DNA of 27,640 nucleotides from an uncultured bacterium. Its GTDB lineage: Bacteria; Patescibacteriota; Minisyncoccia; Phycocordibacterales; UBA9973. Below the pieces are notes generated by a model. The model was not told the DNA's origin and did no database searches. It worked only from the letters and a program-made list of their open reading frames with translations. The translations under genes were made by a program, and so were the position numbers. Positions 21,576 to 27,640 of the stretch are shown piece after piece; position 1 is the stretch's first letter, and every line of letters begins with the position of its first letter. The stretch is taken from the NCBI GenBank assembly GCA_903869975.1, contig CAIQBF010000107.1, positions 1-27,640 of the forward strand, given 5' to 3'.

Positions 21576-23171
21576 ATGAAACAAGATTATAACCGAATAG
21601 ATACGGCTCTCGTCCCCTCTTATGTTACACATGTAACGGAGACCCTCGAGAAGGCCGGATATGAAGCATACATTGTTGGTGGCTGCGTCAGGGATCTTTT
21701 ACTTGGGCGCGAACCTAAGGATTGGGATGTGACCACAAACGCCACCCCCGAACAGATCATACCTCTCTTCGAAAAGACGGTGTACGAGAACAAGTTTGGC
21801 ACTGTTGCCGTCGTGTTCGAGCCCAAAGAGGCCCCCGTTACACATGTAACAGAAGAAATAGTTTCACGTGAAACTATAGATAGCGTTACACATGTAACAG
21901 CAACCCAGAAATACATAGTCGAAGTCACTCCTTTCCGCACAGAGACCACTTACTCAGACTTCCGCCACCCCGACGAGGTTCGCTTCAGCACCAAGATCGA
22001 CGATGACCTTATGCGCCGAGATTTTACGGTAAATGCTATGGCATATAGGCTTTCTGACCCGTCTAAAGGACAGAATACTGAAAATAGCCTTATAGATCTG
22101 TTTAATGGACGCCAAGATTTAAAGGACAAGGTCTTACGGACGGTAGGAAATCCGGGCGAGCGCCTAAAGGAAGACGCGCTCCGCATGCTCCGAGCTGTCC
22201 GTTTCTCGGTACAATTAGGCTTTTCTATGGCCGTGGAAACGACTCAGGCTATCATGGACAACGCAGATCTACTCAAAAACATCTCCGCTGAACGTATCCG
22301 AGACGAATTCGAGAAGATAATCACGTCGCCAGAACCCGCCGTCGGGATCGGCATGCTGCAGAAGTTTGGCCTACTCAAGCATTTTATCCCCGAACTTGAA
22401 GAGGGAATCAAATGTGAACAGAAAGGGGAGCACATTTATGATGTATACGAGCACCTCCTGCATGCCCTCCAACATGCGGCTGACAAAGGATGGCCGCTCG
22501 AAATACGTATTGCCGCACTCTTCCACGACATCGGTAAGCCTAAAACTCGCCGATGGGACGGAACCAAGGCGGGAGGAAAGGGAAAGTATACGTTCTACGG
22601 CCATGAAGTCGTCGGAGCACGAATGGCCGACAAAATCATGACTCGCATGAAATTCCCGAAAAAGGTAACCGACCTCGTGGTCACACTCGTCCGCCAGCAC
22701 ATGTTCTTCTCCGACACTGAAGCAATCTCGCTCAGCGCAGTTCGTCGAGTCGTTGCAAAAGTAGGGAAGGAGAATATCTGGCTCTTGATGAATATCCGTG
22801 AATGCGATCGGGTGGGCATGGCAAAAAAGGAAGCTCCCTACCGTCTACGCAAATACCATGCCATGATCGATGAGGTGCTTCGCGACCCAATCTCTGTCGG
22901 ACAGCTCGCTGTCGACGGAAGCATTCTTATGAAAGAACTCGGCATGAAGCCAGGTCCACGCATGGGCTGGATACTCCACGCACTTCTTGAAGAGGTGCTC
23001 GACGATCCCGCAAAAAATATACGTGCTTATCTTGATGCGAAAGTAGGGGAGCTTGAAGCGCTTTCGGACAAGGAGCTGCGTGAGCTTGGAGAGAAGGCGA
23101 AGGAGGCGAAGGAGGAACTCGAGGAGGAAGAAGTTGCGAAGTTGCATGCTAAGCATGGAGTGAGGAAGTAA
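21576..23171 (+). CDS. cca: CCA tRNA nucleotidyltransferase with HD domain
   Basis: IVGGCVRD, DWD, RRDFTVNAMA, EDALRMLRAVRF, ERIRDE, LFHDIGKP, FYGHE. Confidence 0.93.
   Translation: MKQDYNRIDTALVPSYVTHVTETLEKAGYEAYIVGGCVRDLLLGREPKDWDVTTNATPEQIIPLFEKTVYENKFGTVAVVFEPKEAPVTHVTEEIVSRETIDSVTHVTATQKYIVEVTPFRTETTYSDFRHPDEVRFSTKIDDDLMRRDFTVNAMAYRLSDPSKGQNTENSLIDLFNGRQDLKDKVLRTVGNPGERLKEDALRMLRAVRFSVQLGFSMAVETTQAIMDNADLLKNISAERIRDEFEKIITSPEPAVGIGMLQKFGLLKHFIPELEEGIKCEQKGEHIYDVYEHLLHALQHAADKGWPLEIRIAALFHDIGKPKTRRWDGTKAGGKGKYTFYGHEVVGARMADKIMTRMKFPKKVTDLVVTLVRQHMFFSDTEAISLSAVRRVVAKVGKENIWLLMNIRECDRVGMAKKEAPYRLRKYHAMIDEVLRDPISVGQLAVDGSILMKELGMKPGPRMGWILHALLEEVLDDPAKNIRAYLDAKVGELEALSDKELRELGEKAKEAKEELEEEEVAKLHAKHGVRK
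21623..21638. other. parS-like site in the 5' part of cca (encodes VTHVT)
   Basis: TGTTACACATGTAACG. Confidence 0.6.
21836..21899. repeat. Three parS-like palindromes at exact 24-bp spacing inside cca
   Basis: CGTTACACATGTAACA (21836), AGTTTCACGTGAAACT (21860, perfect palindrome with the canonical 14-bp parS core), CGTTACACATGTAACA (21884). Confidence 0.8.
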
Positions 23172-23172
23172 T

Positions 23173-23209
23173 AAAAAACCGCATCATAATTGTATGATGC
23201 GGTTTTTTT
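23173..23209. terminator. Bidirectional intrinsic terminator between cca and the convergent orphan
   Basis: AAAAAACCGCATCATA...TATGATGCGGTTTTTTT. Confidence 0.9.
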
Positions 23210-23220
23210 GATAGATGTTG

Positions 23221-23544
23221 TTAGGCATTAACGCCTGGAAAAACTTTTTTTACAAAATCGTTATGCCCTGCTATAGCCTCGATTGGAGGTTTGGAAATCA
23301 ATTTAAATAGCGGAACCATGTTCGCCGGACAATCTTTTACTTGCCTAATAATCCTCCCTCGCAATTTATGAACTAAGCTTGTTAGAACTTGCTTTAGCTC
23401 TAAAAAATCATATCCAGTTTCTTCAACAAGCGCGGTCTGCACTAGATGAATATTTTGAATAATGTTATCAGGCGAGCCGTCTTCCTTTACAGAAGAATGT
23501 ACTTGGAGCAGAAACTGCTGCTGTTTTTTCAAAACTTCCTGCAT
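23221..23544 (-). CDS. Hypothetical protein (107 aa, AT-rich orphan)
   Basis: Only sizeable ORF filling the gap between the cca terminator and xth; no recognised motif. Confidence 0.6.
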   Translation of the reverse strand: MQEVLKKQQQFLLQVHSSVKEDGSPDNIIQNIHLVQTALVEETGYDFLELKQVLTSLVHKLRGRIIRQVKDCPANMVPLFKLISKPPIEAIAGHNDFVKKVFPGVNA

Positions 23545-23635
23545 TTCTATTGAATTTTAAGTGTTTACAAAAAAGTGGGCTTTCAGTTACTTAAAAACTA
23601 TATCTTTTCCTCCGCGCCGTCAAGGAGCACTTCTG

Positions 23636-24403
23636 TTATATAAGCTCAATCGAAATAGGGCAGTGGTCGGAACCGTACCAGTTGGAAAGGATGGTTGTGG
23701 ATTTTACGCGAGGCATGAGCTTCTGCGAGGCGAGGAAATAGTCGATGCGCCAGCCAACGTTGCGCTCGCGAGCGTGAGTAAATTGGTCCCAGTAGGTATA
23801 GGCCTCTGTTTTGGTCGGATACAAATGACGAAAGACATCGGTAAACCCATGCGCGAGAAATTCATCGAACCAGGCACGCTCGATAGGGAGGAATCCGACA
23901 TGCGTTTTGTTGGCATCAGGCCGGGCAAGGTCGATCTCTTCGTGGGCGACGTTCACATCGCCCGTCACGAGAACAGGAACTTTCTTCGCGAGCTTGTCCG
24001 TAAATTCGAGAAAGGCGTCGTAGAAATCGAGCTTGTATTGGAGCTTCTCTGGTGCGCCGCCACCGTTTGGAAAGTAGCAATTGATGAATACGAAGTCTTT
24101 GAAGTGAAGCACGAGTGTGCGACCTTGTTCGTCGAAACGGGGGATACCAAGACCGTACTCAACTTTGACTGGCTCTTCTTTTGTATACACAGCCACACCA
24201 CTATAGCCTTTCTTGTATGTCGAAACGGCAAAATATGAATGGTACCCAGCAATATTCACGGCTTCGAGCGGAAGCTGAGAGGGATCGCATTTGGTTTCTT
24301 GGAGAGCGAGAATGTCCGGCTGTTCTTTTTCAAACAGCGGAAAAAAGAGATTGTCGCGGAGGGTAGCGCGCAGACCGTTGGTATTCCAAGAAATAATCTT
24401 CAT
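23636..24403 (-). CDS. xth: Exodeoxyribonuclease III / AP endonuclease
   Basis: SWNTNG, LQETK, GYSGVA, YFPNG, TGDVNVAH, GWRIDY, SDHCPI. Confidence 0.97.
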   Translation of the reverse strand: MKIISWNTNGLRATLRDNLFFPLFEKEQPDILALQETKCDPSQLPLEAVNIAGYHSYFAVSTYKKGYSGVAVYTKEEPVKVEYGLGIPRFDEQGRTLVLHFKDFVFINCYFPNGGGAPEKLQYKLDFYDAFLEFTDKLAKKVPVLVTGDVNVAHEEIDLARPDANKTHVGFLPIERAWFDEFLAHGFTDVFRHLYPTKTEAYTYWDQFTHARERNVGWRIDYFLASQKLMPRVKSTTILSNWYGSDHCPISIELI

Positions 24404-24418
24404 GGTTTGTACTGTATG

Positions 24419-25066
24419 TTATTTTTTCTTCAAAAGCAAAACAGAGAACACCATGTCTCGTGGGCCGTACGGCATATCGTGGTCGAGCTGCATAATTTCG
24501 AATTTTTTACCAAACAATCCATAGAGCTCTTCATCAGAAAAGAAATGATATCGAACTCCTTCACGGACGTAATCAGACTGTTCGTCTTTGTTTGGGTGCC
24601 AGGAGAAGTAATTAGGAGAGAGCTTCGACAAAAGGACAATATATGCAAGGCCTCCAACTTTTAATACACGGGCAGCTTCCGAAACATACGTCTCGTAATC
24701 TTCAGGCTTGATGTGGTGCAAAAGACCAATATCAACAACAGCATCGAAGCTTCCGTCTGTAAGGGGAATATCGAGCGCATCTCCATGTATGAAACGCATC
24801 TCACGCTCGAGCTTTTTGTTTTTGATTTCTGAATTGCCTCGATGCACCATATCGAGATTGTTCTCAAGACCGATAGATCTGAAGTCGAGATCAGCAAGCT
24901 CATAGAGCAGGCGGCCTCGTCCAGTACCGAGATCGAGGATGAGCGCATCCTTCGGGAGATAGAGCGTAAGCTCGTTGGGCCTGCGATTAAACGGAATGTT
25001 TGTCCAATGGTCAGTACCAGTACGGTATGCCTGGGCAAAGAAAGTGTTCTGATCGGTGTACGACAT
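24419..25066 (-). CDS. Class I SAM-dependent methyltransferase
   Basis: Motif I ILDLGTGRG, GDALDIP, FDAVVDIGLLHH, RVLKVGG. Confidence 0.9.
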   Translation of the reverse strand: MSYTDQNTFFAQAYRTGTDHWTNIPFNRRPNELTLYLPKDALILDLGTGRGRLLYELADLDFRSIGLENNLDMVHRGNSEIKNKKLEREMRFIHGDALDIPLTDGSFDAVVDIGLLHHIKPEDYETYVSEAARVLKVGGLAYIVLLSKLSPNYFSWHPNKDEQSDYVREGVRYHFFSDEELYGLFGKKFEIMQLDHDMPYGPRDMVFSVLLLKKK

Positions 25067-25087
25067 GTCTATATATAGTATAGCGCG

Positions 25088-26047
25088 TTATTTCTTGCTG
25101 TGAAACTTTTTGTGAATTTCACGCAGCTGCTTGTCGGTAACGTGGGTATATATCTGCGTGGTCTGAATATTTGCGTGACCGAGCATGACTTGCACACTGC
25201 GGATATCGGCACCATTCTCAAGAAGATCTGTCGCAAAACTATGGCGCAGGATATGCGGAGTGACTTTGCGCGAGATGCCGGACTGAATAGCGTATTGTTT
25301 GACGATGCGTTCGATAGAGCGGGGAGTGAGGCGAGAAGAGTCACGTGTCGTCGACTGTACTTTGTTGCGAGAAAACTGCACGAACATCGGCTCATCCATA
25401 TCGGTTCGCTTTTTCAGGTACTCGCGGATAGCATCCTTAGCGCTATCAGAGAGGAACACCACCCGCACCTTTTCACCCTTTCCACGAATAGAAAACTCAT
25501 CTTTCGAGAGATCAAGGTCGCGGTTGAGTGAGCAGAGCTCGGCAAGACGAAGACCTGTTGAGAAGAAAAGTTCAAGCAAGGCTTTGTCGCGCAGATTGGA
25601 AACACTCGGATCAGGAAGCTTGCCGCCGCCTTTCGGATCAGAAAGGGGAGCGGCGAGCAGTTTGTCGAGTTCACTCGAACTCATCAGATCAAGCTGACGC
25701 TGGCCGACTTTCGCAAGTTCGATGCGATCGGGCGAGAGAGCAGTAATGCCGCGCTTCATGAGATATTTCAAAAAACGTCGAAGAGCGATGAGATAGTAGT
25801 TCTGCGTGTTCTTTTTCATAGTCGAACTCGCCTGCCCACGGACGGAAGCGCCCTCCGATCGGTTGAGATAGAGCCGGAACTCACGAATGCGATCGTCAGT
25901 AATGCCCGAAATATCTGAAATCTTCGTAAAATCAAAGAAACGGGTGAGATACTGCTCATAATTCCGTACAGTCTTCAGACTCGAGCCCTTCTCGATCTCC
26001 ATATATTCGAGAAATTCGCGTTTTAGTCGATCAGCTTCCGTACTCAT
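25088..26047 (-). CDS. XerC/XerD-family tyrosine recombinase
   Basis: SAM-like N-domain; catalytic residues in TGLRLAEL, GKGEKVR, TPHILRHSFAT, LGHA...TTQIY. XerC versus XerD cannot be assigned by eye. Confidence 0.93.
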   Translation of the reverse strand: MSTEADRLKREFLEYMEIEKGSSLKTVRNYEQYLTRFFDFTKISDISGITDDRIREFRLYLNRSEGASVRGQASSTMKKNTQNYYLIALRRFLKYLMKRGITALSPDRIELAKVGQRQLDLMSSSELDKLLAAPLSDPKGGGKLPDPSVSNLRDKALLELFFSTGLRLAELCSLNRDLDLSKDEFSIRGKGEKVRVVFLSDSAKDAIREYLKKRTDMDEPMFVQFSRNKVQSTTRDSSRLTPRSIERIVKQYAIQSGISRKVTPHILRHSFATDLLENGADIRSVQVMLGHANIQTTQIYTHVTDKQLREIHKKFHSKK

Positions 26048-26053
26048 CCATAT

Positions 26054-26062
26054 ATTGTATCA
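26054..26062 (-). promoter_or_regulatory. Extended -10 promoter for the xer gene (probably leaderless mRNA)
   Basis: Minus strand TGA-TACAAT ending 6 nt before the ATG at 26047. Confidence 0.55.
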
Positions 26063-26098
26063 AATATATGTCGGAAAATGATGATCTAGGGGTCTCAC

Positions 26099-26127
26099 TT
26101 GCATCATTTAAAAATATATGCTACTAT
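26099..26127 (+). promoter_or_regulatory. Sigma70 promoter for rpsO
   Basis: TTGCAT, 17 nt, TACTAT with an extended TG; ATG 10 nt downstream. Confidence 0.7.
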
Positions 26128-26137
26128 CTATCTCGTT

Positions 26138-26401
26138 ATGTTGAAGACAAAAAAGAAGGCGGCAGTCGTCAAAAAAGCGCAGATCCACGCTACAGACACG
26201 GGTTCCCCGGAAGTCCAGGTTGCGATCCTTTCTACGCGCATTGATGAACTCGCTAAACACCTCAAGGAACACAAGAAAGACAACCATTCCCGCCGCGGCC
26301 TCCTCAAAATGGTCGCCGACCGCCGAACACACATGAAATATCTTGAGCGCAAGAGCAAGACACGACATGAGGCAGTCGCTAAAAAGCTCGAATCGAAGTA
26401 A
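26138..26401 (+). CDS. rpsO: 30S ribosomal protein S15 (87 aa; start revised from the track's 26099)
   Basis: DTGSPEVQVAIL, HLKEHKKDNHSRRGLLKMV..RR. The track's start lies in the -35 element. Confidence 0.97.
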   Translation: MLKTKKKAAVVKKAQIHATDTGSPEVQVAILSTRIDELAKHLKEHKKDNHSRRGLLKMVADRRTHMKYLERKSKTRHEAVAKKLESK

Positions 26402-26402
26402 C

Positions 26403-26432
26403 AAAAAACCCCGGCTCTGGCCGGGATTTTTT
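26403..26432 (+). terminator. Intrinsic terminator after rpsO
   Basis: AAAAAACCCCGG-CTCTGG-CCGGGATTTTTT. Confidence 0.75.
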
Positions 26433-26506
26433 GTGCTACACTTTTACTACAGCCTCGCAGTATTTTTTAATAACCGTTCGCTAATTGTTCGCTTTTTTAT
26501 ATTCAT

Positions 26507-27031
26507 ATGAGTATCGTCAAACACGCCGACCAGCGCGTCGCTATTTTCATCGACACGCAGAACCTGTATCACAGCGCCCGCAATCTCTACAAATCATACG
26601 TCAATTTCGGCAACGTCCTCAAAGACGCCCTTGCCGGCCGCAAGCTCATCCGCGCCATCGCGTATGTCATCACCAGTGAAGCAGGAGATGAAAAAGCTTT
26701 TTTCGACGCACTCGTCAAAGTCGGGATCGAAACCAAAACAAAAGACCTCCAAGTATTTTCGAGCGGCGCAAAGAAAGCCGATTGGGATGTGGGTCTCGCT
26801 GTCGACGCTATCAAGATGTCCCACAAAGTCGACACCGTCATTATCGCCTCCGGCGATGGCGATTTCATCCCACTTGTCGAATATCTTCAGATGAACGGTG
26901 GTACACAAGTAGAAGTCGTGGCTTTCGGAAAATCTTCTTCCATGAAGCTCAAGGAAGTCTGCGATGATTTTCTCGACCTTTCAGAAAATCCAAACAAGTA
27001 TCTCATGCGCGGCGGGGGAAATAGGAGATAA
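26507..27031 (+). CDS. NYN-domain protein (LabA/DUF88, PIN-like fold)
   Basis: IFIDTQNLY, KKADWDVGLAVD, ASGDGDFIPLV, QVEVVAF. Confidence 0.92.
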   Translation: MSIVKHADQRVAIFIDTQNLYHSARNLYKSYVNFGNVLKDALAGRKLIRAIAYVITSEAGDEKAFFDALVKVGIETKTKDLQVFSSGAKKADWDVGLAVDAIKMSHKVDTVIIASGDGDFIPLVEYLQMNGGTQVEVVAFGKSSSMKLKEVCDDFLDLSENPNKYLMRGGGNRR

Positions 27032-27076
27032 CATTCTAATACACCTAAGAAAAGCGAAGTCGAACCCTACGTGCCT

Positions 27077-27185
27077 AAATAAAATACTCCGATAAAAAGG
27101 CCTCGCGCAGACCGCGAAGGCGGTCGAGCGGCGTCGTTCGCGAGCACGCGAAACGACGTTGCCTTTTTATCGGAGTATTTTATTT
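27077..27185. repeat. Structured intergenic repeat, copy 2 (perfect 25-bp outer inverted repeat around the same 59-nt core)
   Basis: AAATAAAATACTCCGATAAAAAGGC / GCCTTTTTATCGGAGTATTTTATTT; core matches 2668-2726. Confidence 0.85.
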
Positions 27186-27239
27186 GGGTACGAGAAATGA
27201 CAGACTTTCCTTTTCCCACGAAGAGAGTAAAATCCCAAT

Positions 27240-27640
27240 ATGAAATCCAAAGAATATTCCGTCGTCATCGGCGGCAAAACCATCACCGCCGTTTTCTCCG
27301 ATCTTGCCGAACAAGCAAACGGATCGGTTATCCTAAAGTCCGAAGGTACCGTTGTTTTGGCTACCGCTTGTATCTCAAAAGACGGCAAGGACAACCGTGG
27401 CTTCTTCAACCTCACCGTTGAGTACATGGAGAAATTCTATGCTGCCGGCCTCATTCTTGGCGGGCAATACAATAAGCGTGAAGGACGGCCGTCTGACGAG
27501 GCAATCCTTTCGGCCCGCATCATCGACCGCACCATCCGCCCACTTTTTTCCCAGCACATCAAAAACGCAATCCAGGTCATCGTAACCGTACTTGCGGTTG
27601 GGGAGTCTGATCCAGGAATACTGGGTATCAACGCGGCCTC
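27240..27640 (+). CDS. pnp: Polyribonucleotide nucleotidyltransferase (PNPase), 5' part only
   Basis: Hand translation from ATG 27240: MKSKEYSV...LAEQANGSV...FFNLTVEYMEKFYAAGLILGG..KREGRPSDEAILSARIIDRTIRPLF. Runs off the right edge, so it is missing from the ORF track. Confidence 0.95.
   Translation, partial: MKSKEYSVVIGGKTITAVFSDLAEQANGSVILKSEGTVVLATACISKDGKDNRGFFNLTVEYMEKFYAAGLILGGQYNKREGRPSDEAILSARIIDRTIRPLFSQHIKNAIQVIVTVLAVGESDPGILGINAA

Noticed and set aside
21836-21899. 24-bp periodic palindromes and the 19-bp direct repeats at 19248/19288 as mini-CRISPR arrays
   Set aside because: Spacers are 8 and 21 bp, copy numbers are only 3 and 2, one array is in-frame within a CDS, and no cas genes are present.
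23173-23230. GCCTAAC at the stop of the 107-aa orphan (attC inverse-core-like) followed by a hairpin, near a tyrosine recombinase
   Set aside because: No matching GTTRRRY core or L boxes, the hairpin is a plain terminator, and the recombinase shows no evident IntI-specific insertion; not an integron.
23561-24238. 225-aa plus-strand ORF over xth
   Set aside because: Antisense shadow of a well-supported gene; no recognisable motifs.
21289-26047. tRNA plus tyrosine recombinase as an integrative element or prophage
   Set aside because: No duplicated tRNA 3' end seen, and the intervening genes (cca, xth, methyltransferase) are housekeeping.

Overview
Chromosomal segment of a small-genome bacterium, most likely Patescibacteria/CPR (Parcubacteria-like). 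This assignment is inferred from a trigger factor lacking the PPIase domain, a compact type IV pilus locus, GxAW-repeat surface proteins and scarce Shine-Dalgarno sites; all recognised genes read correctly in genetic code 11. Left to right: a truncated AT-rich ORF missed by the ORF track, recJ, a HIT hydrolase, pgk-tpiA, a type IV pilus cluster (four minor pilins, pilC, pilB), two large secreted adhesin-like proteins and a small membrane protein, nusA-ppa-tig-clpP, rny, an AT-rich secreted orphan, HU, another orphan, four tRNAs with yraN and an unannotated 26-aa Lys-rich ORF, cca, an orphan, xth, a methyltransferase, a Xer-type recombinase, rpsO, an NYN-domain protein and the 5' part of pnp. 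No CRISPR array, rRNA, transposase or prophage is supported. The most notable unexplained signals are: (1) six parS-like palindromes, four inside cca, where three at exact 24-bp spacing encode a loop insertion, next to two DnaA boxes; (2) two copies, 24 kb apart, of a three-way-junction repeat with compensatory base changes and unrelated outer stems; (3) a ~130-nt long hairpin with a central bubble upstream of rny (6S-like candidate); (4) a structured, terminator-bearing nusA leader; (5) a Lys-rich microprotein between tRNA genes. All calls were made by eye; no searches or folding programs were run.
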